Positions 1-10,420 of a stretch of DNA of 32,032 nucleotides are shown here, in pieces. The DNA is from Octopus bimaculoides (taxonomy: Eukaryota): assembly GCF_001194135.2 (NCBI RefSeq), contig NC_068991.1, positions 17,654,532-17,686,563 on the forward strand, in the 5' to 3' direction. Each line of letters begins with the position of its first letter. Position 1 is the first letter of the stretch. The position numbers and the translations under genes were made by a program. The notes under the pieces are model-generated. The model was not told the origin of the DNA and ran no database searches. It saw nothing but the letters and a program-made list of their open reading frames with translations.

Positions 1-340
1 CCCTCACCTTACTGGCAGCATCTCTGTACATGGCTCGCACAGCTCTCACTAGCCATTCTTCTATCCCAAGTTTCCTCATTGACCACCAGATAAGGGATCG
101 GGGGACCCTGTCAAAGGCTTTCTCCATGTCAACGAAAGCCAGGTACAGAGGTTTATCCTTAGCTAGGTATTTCTCTTGCAACTGTCTCACTAGAAATAAG
201 GCATCAGTAGTGCTTTTACCTGGCACGAACCCAAACTGCATCTCATCTAAATTGATTCGCTCCCTAATTAGTTGGGCTATGACCCTCTCTGTAACTTTCA
301 TAACCTGATCTAACAGCTTGATGCCTCTGTAATTATTTGT
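1..340 (-). mobile_element. RTE-clade non-LTR retrotransposon, 5'-truncated RT fragment running off the window
   Basis: Minus-strand frame from 334 to 2 has no stop: NYRGIKLLDQVMKVTERVIAQLIRERINLDEMQFGFVPGKSTTDALFLVRQLQEKYLAKDKPLYLAFVDMEKAFDRVPRSLIWWSMRKLGIEEWLVRAVRAMYRDAASKVR. It contains the LINE RT motifs NYRGI.LL, QFGF..G.STTDA and F.D.EKAFD.V. Not in the ORF track. Confidence 0.93.
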
Positions 341-817
341 ATATGTATATATTATTAAGGTATTGTTTTACAGCCAGATACCACTCATGTTCGCAACCCT
401 TACCTGCTTTTCAAGTAAGGGATCTGTATTTAGTAAATGGCTAATTTCAACCAGTTTCTTCCCTACAGAGGAATTACTTAATAACCACAAGGTACAGAAA
501 ACCTAATACACACACACACACTAAGCTCTACATTGAGCACTTATATATTTTTATACATAAAAAAAAACTGATAGCGATTAAGACAGATTTCATATAGTTG
601 TTACACCAAGTTTTTGCATTACCACTTTTTAACTGAACATTTGTATGAAAAAGCAGTAACTCTCAGTTTTAATCACAATTGCTATTATTAACTATGTATT
701 GAGTATTATCCTTACAGTTGTACATGACTGAGTGTTTGTTCCATCTCATCTTGACATGTATACTGACTAGTAAACAAAAGCTTTTATGTTCATACAAACA
801 GTGTCATTTGTCTGTCA

Positions 818-1047
818 TTAACCCTTTTGTTGCCATATTTCTGTTGGGATGCTCTATGTTTCTTTCAGTTAATTTTAAATATAACAAAGAATTTAGTAAA
901 ATAACTTAGTTATCATTAAGCTAGTGTTAGGAACATAAATTGTGACTAATGTTTGGTGGAAGATTTTAATACAGAACTTCTGAAAACAAGACATTTGTAT
1001 TACAGAGCCAGAGCCAGTTTCAGCTGGGTTGGTATCGAAAGGGCTAA
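818..1047. mobile_element. piggyBac-like MITE (TTAA/CCC ends)
   Basis: Left end TTAACCCTTTTGTTGCC; right end GGTATCGAAAGGGCTAA (reverse complement TTAGCCCTTTCGATACC); 13/17 match; no coding capacity. Confidence 0.55.
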
Positions 1048-1099
1048 ACTGCAAAAGCATGTCCAGGCTGTTTGTTGTTTGATAGATTTTTTGAGATTA

Positions 1100-1203
1100 T
1101 TACCTTAGACAAAAGGTGGAAGTTGGTTCCAGGAAGGGCATTCAATTATACAAAATTCTGCCTAAATAAAGTCATATCTAAACCCATGCCAGCATGGAAA
1201 AAT
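1100..1203 (+). mobile_element. SINE/RTE 3'-tail fragment running into a gap
   Basis: GTTGGTTCCAGGAAGGGCATTC (1122-1143) resembles LINE 3' UTR 4270-4291; AACCCATGCCAGCATGGAAAA (1181-1201) is identical to 4367-4387. Confidence 0.65.
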
Positions 1204-1481
1204 NNNNNNNNNNNNNNNNNNNNNNNNNNNNNNNNNNNNNNNNNNNNNNNNNNNNNNNNNNNNNNNNNNNNNNNNNNNNNNNNNNNNNNNNNNNNNNNNN
1301 NNNNNNNNNNNNNNNNNNNNNNNNNNNNNNNNNNNNNNNNNNNNNNNNNNNNNNNNNNNNNNNNNNNNNNNNNNNNNNNNNNNNNNNNNNNNNNNNNNNN
1401 NNNNNNNNNNNNNNNNNNNNNNNNNNNNNNNNNNNNNNNNNNNNNNNNNNNNNNNNNNNNNNNNNNNNNNNNNNNNNNNNN
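1204..1481. other. Assembly gap
   Basis: Run of N. Confidence 0.99.
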
Positions 1482-2266
1482 TCTAAGCTGGTGGGGTGTC
1501 ATTTGAAAGAGATTTGTCTGCCATTTCTAGCATATCGAAAAGCCATGTAGAAGCTCTTTCATTGGTTCAATGCTCATATCGGTGTAGTATAGAGGTGAGA
1601 TGGCTGAGTGGATAAAGTACTTAAACTAACTTCTTATTGATTTTGAGTTTAAATTGATTGCCATTTCTTTGAGTTTCTGATCTAAAAAAAAAAAAAAAGC
1701 ATTTCATGTACATCACCTGAATTCACTGAATTGTCAGAAATAGGAACCTGATCATCTAAGTAAGTTACTTCCCGTCGACCAATGTCGTATTCAGAAGCAA
1801 ATTTATCTCACAACTGCTCACTAGCTTTTAAAAGTTCACAAGGCTCCAGGAACATGTTCATGTTATGTCACTGCAATAAAAAGTCTATTATTTGACCATT
1901 TATTATTAGAAGATGCCCCAATAGATGATCAGATCAATTGAACTTTTCTCAGAATATCTGGTCTCCATTCTTCATATATGTGAGATGTCACACAATGTAA
2001 AATAAAATAACCAACCCAAAATCATGAGATATGTGCAGTGTATTTCAATTCAAACTATAAGTGGATTGTTGTTGCTGTGTAGTACTAAGTTGGATCTGGT
2101 CAAGTACAGTACAGTAGCATCTGAAGGAAATTTGGTTGCTAATTCTAGCACATTTAGTGACCATGGAGTGGCTTGAATTGTGGCTGAAGATTTAAATTTA
2201 ATCCTGATAGTTGAAGAGGTTTAATCACTTGGATACCCCAGTAGTTTAATGCATTAACTACTTGGA

Positions 2267-2449
2267 TAATCCTAGCATTTAAACTAGCCATAACTGGTCC
2301 AAATATTTTACCTGTTTAATGTCATTCTCAAAATAAACAATCACATCATCAAAATCTCAAATCTATGAGATCATACCATGATTAGTTCAAAACAATGTAA
2401 ATAAATAAGCACTACATTTAAAAGAATAATCTGAATTCTAAAGGATCAA
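2267..2449. mobile_element. Degenerate piggyBac-like MITE, family shared with 2916-3078
   Basis: Shares TAGCATTT...AAATATT.TACCTGTTT...TCATTCT.AAAATAAACAA...TTCAAAA with the 2916 copy; the end CTGAATTCTAAAGGATCAA is a decayed inverted match to TTAACCCTTTAGCATT. Confidence 0.55.
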
Positions 2450-2915
2450 TGTGTTAACCATTAGGACAATCCTGGTAGTTTAATGTGTTAATGACTCAAT
2501 CTTGAAAGCTCAATGTGTTAACGACTGACAATCGCAGTATGTTAACCATCAGACAATCCTAATATGTTAACTGCTCAATTATTTTGATACAGAACAAATT
2601 TAGTTCCTGAAAATCAATATGACAAGTTGTTACTCGTTAAACCAAAGATTAACAGGAGATTAAATAATGAGATAAACAGTGAAAATCTGAATAGTCTGTG
2701 ACATGTCAAATCACAAGGTCAGCTTTAAGTGTTTGACTAGTTTTTACCATAATTCAGTTTGGGGTTTTCTGTGAGGTTTTTATCACTCTTTAAACATTTT
2801 TTTCTTATATTTCATTTCTCATTGTGATCAATTTGAAAAGAAAAGAGAAGTGACAATAACAATCTTAGTTCCTATTCCATCTAGATCAGTGGTTCAGGAT
2901 AACTGCAGACAGTGT

Positions 2916-3078
2916 TTAACCCTTTAGCATTTGAGCTGGCCACATCCAGCCCAGATATTCTACCTGTTTTATGTTCAAACTGACCAGATCTGGCCTCTCA
3001 CATTGTCACTCTAAAAAACAAACTACCGTATCATGAAAATCTTGAAGCTACAAGATAATACATGCTTAATTCAAAATA
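2916..3078. mobile_element. piggyBac-like MITE, right end missing
   Basis: Starts TTAACCCTTTAGCATTT; colinear with 2267-2449; similarity stops near 3078. Confidence 0.6.
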
Positions 3079-3110
3079 AAGAAAACGGTCTGCATTCACC
3101 ATGACAAATA

Positions 3111-4414
3111 TGTAACCACTCCATACAATGTACCTGGTGTAAGCTATGGACACATAAAAGGTGCAGCAATATCAAAGGAAGGTTAACCAGGAAGACAGTT
3201 TTTGTGTGTGGCAGATGCACAGGGGCAATAAACACTGAAGATATACAGACAACAGATTCCATCACATGCCAGGGGGAGAAACTAGAAGTAGTTAATAGCT
3301 TCTGCTACCTAAGTGACCAGGTCTGTAGTGGGGGTAGTTGCCCTGAGAGTGTAGCAGCTACAATACGAATAGCCTGGGCAAAGTTCAGGGAGCTCCTACC
3401 TCTGCTGGTAATTAAGGGTCTCTCGCTCAGGCTGAAAGGTGGACTGTATGATGCATGTGTGTGAACTGCCATGCTACACAGCAGTGAAACATGGGCCATG
3501 ACTGCTGAGGACATGCGTAATGTCAGTGTGCATACATGACAGTGTGAGTGCCCTGAGAGAAAAGTTGGGCATAAGAAGCATCAAATGTGGTGTGCAAGAG
3601 AGATGACTGAGCTGGTATAGTCATGTGTTACATATGGATGAGGACAGCTGTGTAACTGCCACACTCTAACTGTGGAAGAGGTAGACCCAGGAAGACATGG
3701 GACAAGGTGGTGAAGCATGACCTTTGAACGTTGGGCCCCACAGAGGCAATGACAGGAGACCAAGATCTTTGGAAATATGCTGTGATTGAGAAGACCCCCG
3801 CAACTAAAGTGAGATCATAGCCATGGCCAATGCCAATGTTGCATGTCTGGCCCATTTAAAAGGACCCTTGATGCATCGGGTGATATGCTGTGCTTGAGAA
3901 GACCTGTTGAGTCAAGTAAAACCAAAATCGTAGTTGTGGCCAGTGCTCCCTGACCAACTCCCATTCCGGTGGCATGTAAAATGCATCATCCAAACGTGGT
4001 CGATGTCAGTGCCCCCTGACTGGTTCTCGCACTGATGGCATGTAAAAAATACCATCTGAACATGGCTGATGCCAGTGCCCCCTGATTGGCTCCTGTGCTG
4101 GTGGCATGTAAAAAGCACCATCTGAACGTGGTCGATGCCAGTGCCCTCCGACTGGCTACCACATTAGTGGCACGTAAAAAGCACTAACCAAACATGATTG
4201 ATGCCAGGCCTGCCTGACTGGCTCCTGTGCCAGTGGCATGTAAAAAGCATCCACTACATTCTTGGAGTGGTTGGTGTTAGGAAGGGCATCCAGGTGTAGA
4301 AATATTGCCAGGTCAGATTGGAGCCTGGTGCAGCCACTGGCTTTCCAGACCTCAGTCAAACTGTCCAACCCATGCCAGCATGGAAAATGGACGTTAAACC
4401 ACAATGATGATAAT
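3111..4414 (+). mobile_element. RTE-clade LINE, 5'-truncated and decayed 3' portion with 3' UTR and (GAT)n-like tail
   Basis: Frame from 3120: SIQCTWCKLWTHKRCSNIKGRLTRKTVFVCGRC...GEKLEVVNSFCYLSDQV...IRIAWAKFRELLPLL...LYDACV*TAMLHSSETWAM. Later frames give LREKLGIRSIKCGVQER*LSWYSHV and RGRPRKTWDKVVKHDL, typical RT-thumb/C-terminal motifs. Contains stops and frameshifts; ends ...GGACGTTAAACCACAATGATGATAAT. Confidence 0.92.
3939..4250 (+). repeat. 66-bp tandem repeat (~4.7 units) in the LINE 3' UTR
   Basis: Units start at 3939, 4005, 4071, 4137, 4203; approximate consensus GCCAGTGCCCCCTGACTGGCTCCTGTGCYGGTGGCATGTAAAAAGCACCATCYRAACGTGGTCGAT. Confidence 0.93.
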
Positions 4415-4718
4415 ACTCCAATTTCAGTCTTTCTTGATCTAACTGAAAGACAGTTTCAGGGGCAATGAGTTGATGACAGAGAGGAGATGAAAATAGTTGT
4501 AAAGAAGAGGGTACAACAGTGCACAGGTCAATTTTTTTGAAGAGGATTGAAGTGTCAGTTTCAACAATAGTATGGCTATTCAACAAATGCATAACTTGTG
4601 ATGGAAACTATGCTGAGTAGAACCTTTGAAAAGAGGAAGAATGTGTAATTTGAATGACCTATGTCAGTTAATTCAAAAGTCAGACCCATGCTGCATTACT
4701 TTCGGTATAACCCTCGTA
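4415..4718 (+). mobile_element. mariner-type DNA transposon 3' remnant with right TIR and TA
   Basis: Across frameshifts: SNFSL..LKDSFRG..DDREEMKIVVKKRVQQ...FF*RGL...KCITCDGNYAE* (4418-4620), matching the mariner C-terminus. Ends GCATTACTTTCGGTATAACCCTCG-TA (4693-4718), a mariner-like TIR plus TA. Confidence 0.75.
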
Positions 4719-4970
4719 CAAAATCAAAACAGGTTTATAAAAATAGTTACACATTTATTAAGTAAGATAAATTGTTTCAGGGAAGTTTTTTTAAGAATAT
4801 ATTTCGATGTACTAATAATCAGTTTTTTAACCTTTTGTTTTTATAGTAATCTTAAAAGTTGAAAGTCAAAATATAAACATCACAATATTTAAAATCAGTG
4901 CAGCGAAGTCTTAGATGTAGTATTATAAAACTTATTGTAACTTTGCAGCTGACTTCAAGAAAAATGGCAG

Positions 4971-5042
4971 AATGAAATTTGTGCTGGTCAGCGTTGCAAA
5001 CAATGAAATTCGTGCTGGTCAGCGTTGCAAACAATGAAATTC
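4971..5042. repeat. 31-bp tandem duplication (2.3 copies)
   Basis: AATGAAATT(T/C)GTGCTGGTCAGCGTTGCAAAC at 4971 and 5002, one mismatch, plus a partial third copy at 5033. Confidence 0.95.
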
Positions 5043-6254
5043 ATAAAGAAAATAGGAACATTGATATTTCGAGGCTGTACCCTAAAATTTGACCTCTCTC
5101 AATCGAAGGAAACAGCACCAACCAAAAAGCCAGATTTCTATTTACACAACACTATGAACTTATCCATCTTCTCTACTGACGGCTTCACCACATCCACTAT
5201 CATTAAAACACCAAGAAAAATAAAATAGCAAGAATTGCTTCCCTTACATCTATATCGTATCCGTATCTACTTGAAGAAACTGAGAAAATGACGAAACGAT
5301 AATCAATTTATAGTTAAATATGGATTGTAATTATATTGATTGTTATTGTCTTTGTTATTTCCTTTTTTATTGAAATATACTATCCTACGAAGCAGCCTTT
5401 CCGGGAATGTATCTTGTAAAAATAGCAGCAGGTTCTATATACCATGGTAAAAAAAGCAAAACAAAAATGTAATAGAGATGCATTAGATAAGTTAGTCTTA
5501 GATAAAATGTCTAAAGAGACGGATGGTCATGTCTGGAAAACCGCTGACCTGAGGGTAAACAATTCAGAGCAAACATGAGACTCGACTCCCAGCACCAACA
5601 ATTTTTCTCCATGAAATTATTACTTATGGTATGTGCATATCAAGCAGTAGACGACTTTGTTTTGGATTGTTACTCAAAAATAAAATTTTATTGAGTAGCT
5701 AACAGGTTTAATATTCACAATTCTCACACAAAATACACCATAGGAGCCTTATTTAATCAATAAGATTATTTAACGATTCCTATTGTTAAAGAAAACCTCA
5801 GCAAGATTTGGACGGGAGAATGTAAAGGGAAGTAACTCTAATCGCTTGTCTCGAATTTTGCCGGATTATTTCTATTATTCATCTAAGTATTAAATATTAT
5901 TCGTCAGTAACTACTTAAATAAATGAAAACAATGATAAAGACTAATACTGGTTTTATATCCTCTTGACACCGCAATGAATAATTATACCAAGTCAGCTTT
6001 TGGATGCTGCCAGCATTTACATATTGTAGTACCTCCTCACTCTTTCTCTCTCTCTCTCTCTAACACACACACACACACACACACGTACATATACACACTT
6101 TCCTTTATTTGCCTAGTACAATTATATGATCAAAGGTGTATATGTGTGTGTGTGTGTGTGTGTAGAAAGAGGAGGTGGAGAGTGTATCACAACTGGAAGC
6201 CTGACCCGAATGCTTGCAATTACGCTAAAGTTATCTAAGTTGCTAGTTGATAAG

Positions 6255-6383
6255 TGTTATACCGGTCGATGAGTTAAGTCGATCACCCTTGCAGTATTTA
6301 AACTCAGAACGCAAAGAGCCGAAACAAATACTGCCAGGCAGATCTGATCAGACGTTTTTACAGTCCTGCCAATTCACCGCCTT
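6255..6383 (-). mobile_element. tRNA-derived SINE, family B (degraded)
   Basis: ATTTAAACTCAGAAC (reverse B-box) ... CTGCCAATTCACCGCCTT head, colinear with the 12541-12767 copy. Confidence 0.6.
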
Positions 6384-6394
6384 GGATTGCTACT

Positions 6395-6494
6395 TAACTC
6401 TGAAAAGATAAAAGGCATCGGCGAAATTTGAACTCAGAGCACAAAGTAGGAACAAATACCACCAAGCATTCTACCCGATAGCTCTAATGACTGC
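6395..6494 (-). mobile_element. SINE family B fragment
   Basis: GAAAAGATAAAAGGCA...GAAATTTGAACTCAGAG...AAATACCACCAAGCATT matches the family B head and central domain in reverse. Confidence 0.6.
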
Positions 6495-6506
6495 GTTAAA
6501 TTTCAG

Positions 6507-6632
6507 GTAGAGATCGGTAGAACATCGGACTAAATGCAGTATTTACTTACATTTCTTTACGTGCTTAATCAAATTCTGCTAAAGGTCGACTTTGTCTTTT
6601 CATCTTTCTGGCGCCGTTAAAATTATACAATA
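6507..6632 (+). mobile_element. SINE family B fragment, inverted relative to 6395-6494
   Basis: TCAAATTCTGCTAAAGGTCGACTTTGTCTTTTCATCTTTCTGG is the sense form of the family B B-box and central domain. Confidence 0.6.
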
Positions 6633-7263
6633 GTCCCTCCCAAAAATATATGACCTTGAACCGATCGTTACTAAATATTCCTTTCCAGCCTTTACGGATT
6701 ACATTCGTGAGTTCCGTTAAGTCGGTCAGTTGGTCCTCATTTCTTTTATTGCAGACATTATTAATGAGCCACGCAGTTTCATGTTTTTACATGTTACCCA
6801 GGGTCAATCGGTGGGTCTTAATTTTTAAGTCTGCAAAAAAATAAAGAAAGAAAAGAAAAGAAAAGAAAAACCTCATCTACATTTCATTTTGGTGGTTATG
6901 TTTAATGCAAGGTCGAGTAGTTTGATTTAATCCATTGCTTGATTTAACACCACTACTCGGTCAGTGAGTGATTTTAGCGGAGTCCATTCTGACGCAAGCA
7001 TACGGGAAAGGTCTCTAGACAGAAGACAATTTCTCCACTACGTCACACTGGTCTCAGAGTCCTTGTATAAAATCAAAGACAAATGTCCATCATAAAAGAA
7101 AAAGAGTATTTCAACTATGACTACCTTGTACTACTTATACATATTTTAACTCATTTATTGGTATTCTGGCAATTGTCCAACTTGTGCCAGCTGATTTCTC
7201 GGCTCATGTATTTGGCAATGTCTCTCATGTGCTGGAGATTGCTGAAAACACACACACACACAC

Positions 7264-7327
<64 letters not shown>

Positions 7328-7741
7328 AAATAATTTTCCCGTAAACTGCCAAGAATTGGGAAATCAGCAAGCACAAGTTTGACAATTATCGTACTTAAAA
7401 GAAAAGAAAACCAACTTTTTATTTCAAACGTATCGAAGACTGCATCATTCAATTATCTTTTTTTTTTTTTTTTTTTATAACGGTAGAGTGAGATTTAGGA
7501 AAGAATTTAGCCTTTATTTTTAGCAGGTTGAGCCATCGCGGAGAAACTCCCTTCATGGTTCCTTTACTTTGTTATTCAACTGTTGAGTAAATGGATGAAA
7601 GAGAATGAAGCCTTTATCCCTATACCTTTAACGTATCACCCAAACAGAATACATATGACTGTAACAAGGCTGGCTGCTTAAAATTTACAAGTATACTTTA
7701 TCTGAGGGGTGGGTAGGAACACAGTTCTCATACGTTTCTCT

Positions 7742-7971
7742 AAGTGGTTCTCAACCGGGGTCCATATGGCCCTTGATGAAGAGGGGAGATCCATATAAAA
7801 TTTTACTGCTAAAATTTATGTGCAATAAATACTCATACCATACACCTAATAATATTTTACTATAAAAATACAGTAGGATTTTTTTTATGAACATCGAATG
7901 GCTATGGAGATCCAGTAGAGTAAAATAGGAATCAAAGAGATCCATGAGCAAAAAATAGTAGAGAACCCTTG
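7742..7971. mobile_element. hAT/Charlie-like MITE
   Basis: Left AAGTGGTTCTCAAC; right GTAGAGAACCCTTG (reverse complement CAAGGGTTCTCTAC); resembles CAG.GGTTCTCAAC-type TIRs; no clean 8-bp TSD. Confidence 0.5.
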
Positions 7972-8042
7972 GTCTAACCTCTCTCACAAGGTTTGTGTCG
8001 ACATGATAAAGACACTTGCCCAATTTGCTGAGCTGCAGGGTT

Positions 8043-8094
8043 AAGCCCTGGATCTAGTGATTGCGAAATCAAGCCCTGGATCTAGTGCGCGAAA
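8043..8094. repeat. 28-bp-period tandem duplication
   Basis: AAGCCCTGGATCTAGTG is exact at 8043 and 8071, each followed by ..GCGAAA. Confidence 0.88.
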
Positions 8095-8874
8095 GAACAG
8101 AAAAAGAAAATATATTTAGCCACTAACAGATAAGAAGACTAAATTAGATTGCTTGGCCACATGGGTGCATATATTTAGATCAAAAGCTTTCAATTCCCGT
8201 TTATCACAAAGAAGGTAAACAATCCATTTTAGCATTCTATTGATTGAATACAAAGACCAGAAACTTTTCCCCTCCAAAATGCATTACATAATCACTTATG
8301 CTTAATAAATTAGATTCGCCATTAGCTAGAAAGGTAATAGTTGAGTTAAATGTGAGCATATTTATTTAATGTAGAGAGTTTAAAGACTCTAATAAGAAAT
8401 ATTTATGCGACTAATATTTTAATCAGTTCGGCAAGTATGGGAGACAACTTCAAACATGTCTCCGTTTTATTAGACTTCCTCAGCGAAGCACAGATTTCAC
8501 TGTTATTGTTGAAATAGCGATAAGAGAATCATCAGATATACAATAGATGAGTGGGACACAGAAAATTAGTATACTCAGTTTAAAAAATGAATCACTGAAT
8601 TTAATTATTCTTAATAGCTATTTTTCTTTGGATTTGAACAATGATTATATAAATTCGAAACATTGATATTTTTTACGTTCATATATGATCACAAAATATG
8701 AACGAGCTTTCACAGTCGTATTGCGTCAGAAAAATGAATGTTATTTGTTAGTTCAGCAAATGTAAACGGATTGCTATTGAGCACCAAATGAAGCCTGATT
8801 CAGCAGATCTGAGTTCAAATACATTCTCAGCACAACCACTCCCATTGTATTTTTTCCGATTTTTTTTTTCTGAT

Positions 8875-8998
8875 AGCGTATCTAGGACTATATATCATGC
8901 AATGACTCCTTGTTTTTTGTTTGTGTTTCTTTTCATAGACAGTACGTGAGATATGAGAAATTTAGGCTGTTTTCTTTCCTCTCAGGTCGAGCGACAGT
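8875..8998 (-). mobile_element. Family C (CAA-tailed) repeat fragment
   Basis: Reverse complement reads GTCGCTCGACCTG...GAAAACAGCCTAAATTTCTCATATCTCAC...TAGTCCTAGATACGCT, colinear with + copies such as 22096-22300. Confidence 0.5.
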
Positions 8999-9029
8999 AT
9001 AAAGCAGTCGTGGGCACACTCCTTACTTT

Positions 9030-9070
9030 CTGAATGGCACGCCTAAATTTTCGTTAGGCGTGCCATTCAG
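9030..9070. repeat. Perfect 17-bp inverted repeat with a 7-nt loop
   Basis: CTGAATGGCACGCCTAA (9030-9046) / ATTTTCG / TTAGGCGTGCCATTCAG (9054-9070). Confidence 0.96.
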
Positions 9071-9120
9071 GAAATTGGCGTGCCTATTTTTCTTTCTTCC
9101 TTTTTTTCTTCATTATTATT

Positions 9121-9242
9121 TTGGAGGGAGAAGCCTAGTCGATTACATCGATCCCCAAAGCCCGAAAGGGATCAGAACATGAAAAGAAATCCTGCTAAAC
9201 ACTTTCTCCAGAGTGTTAACGATTCTGCCAGCTCGCCGCCTT
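9121..9242 (-). mobile_element. SINE family B with internal deletions
   Basis: TAGTCGATTACATCGA...GTTAACGATTCTGCCAGCTCGCCGCCTT; well-preserved head in reverse. Confidence 0.75.
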
Positions 9243-10139
9243 GATAAATATAAGCAGTGTTTACCAATTTTATTCCATGAGTTCATACACACACACATAT
9301 ACACAATAAGCAGTATGTGTGAGTCTATGAACGTCTACGTCCAAACACAAGCCATTTTACTAAAAACGAATAAAAGAAATAAATGACACGGTGTGTCTTG
9401 TTTGTTTACGAACAGAGAAAAGTCAGTGAGGGGGAAATTCCTGGCTGATGACAGTCAGCCGGAGACGAAATATCTGAGGCCAATTAAGTCTCTGTAAAGA
9501 AACCACCAGAACAGTCCAATTTGGGCAACTAGCCACACGATAAACATATACTCAAACTCCAAAAATGTATTATAGATAATGTATTGCTCGTTGTTTGTCT
9601 TTCGCCTTTTTTGTGATTTTCGTTTACTCCTTGAACTTCATTGTTTGGGCAAGGTGTGGAGAGGAAAGATTACGGCAAACGAAAGTCGTATTTAGCGCAA
9701 ACAAAAACAGTGATTAGGCATTGTTTTGTATTTTTATTGTATCTTTCGTTATTTTTTTTGGTCAGAGACAAAAATCGGCAGTAAACTTGGAAGAATAGTA
9801 TGTGTGGGGGCGTGCGAGAGAAAGAGAGAGAGAGAGAGTTACAAGGAGAGAAACAAATAGAGAGTGAGCTATAAGGAGAGAGAGGTAGACAGATAGAGAG
9901 AGTGACAATTAGATAAGCTACAAAGTTTGAAATCGGCAGGACACTGACGATGGCAGGGGTGTTGTGAGGCAAAGTGGGTGAGAGAATGTTAGCAAAGTCT
10001 TCAGTTGACCAGAACAGGCTAATTAAACACTAGTATTAAAAGTCCCACCACTATCTAAAGTTAACACAAACATCACCACGCTTACAATGCATAACAGGAG
10101 TCCGAACTTAACGATAGAGCCTCTACGTCGCCGCTCGGC

Positions 10140-10290
10140 CTACACGAAACAACAGCCATATGACCCTCAAATCACACCTTACCGTATTAAAAAAAAAATA
10201 AACAGGTCGAATAATACAATCTTGGGTTCCTTGAACATAGGAAAAAGACAGTATGGCGAAGGCTGGAATAGGTTTCCTCGATCAGGACCG
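10140..10290 (+). mobile_element. Family C (CAA-tailed) repeat, degraded
   Basis: GAAACAACAGCCATATGACCCTCAAATCACACCTTACCGTATTAAAAAA...GGCTGGAAT matches the other family C copies. Confidence 0.55.
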
Positions 10291-10317
10291 GCTGCTAGCG
10301 TCAATTTTCTGTTCGAA

Positions 10318-10420
10318 ATGATTTCAGCCAATCGTAACCCACTGACACATTCATGATTTCAGCCAATCGTAAGCCACTGACACATTCGATTTCAGCCAAT
10401 CGTAAGCCACTGACACATTC
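10318..10420 (+). repeat. 35/33-bp minisatellite (3 units), each with a CCAAT box
   Basis: (AT)GATTTCAGCCAATCGTAA(C/G)CCACTGACACATTC at 10318, 10353, 10388; CCAAT at 10328, 10363, 10396. Confidence 0.95.

Noticed and set aside
3939-4250. CRISPR-like array (also considered for 10318-10420 and 23383-23641)
   Set aside because: The units are whole tandem repeats without unique spacers, the context is eukaryotic, and no cas genes are present.
1-4414. The two RTE fragments (1-340 minus, 3111-4414 plus) as one element inverted by twin priming
   Set aside because: About 2.8 kb of unrelated MITE/SINE sequence separates them, and they differ in decay state, so independent insertions are simpler.
6063-6162. 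(CA)n...(TG)n inverted pair including CATATACAC/GTGTATATG
   Set aside because: Almost entirely microsatellite; such pairs are frequent in this window and carry little information.
6735-6969. Possible + strand exon (acceptor TTTCTTTTATTGCAG ending at 6754, donor GTGAGT at 6964)
   Set aside because: The interval contains an (AAAAG)n tract and no coherent frame; such motifs are expected by chance in AT-rich DNA.
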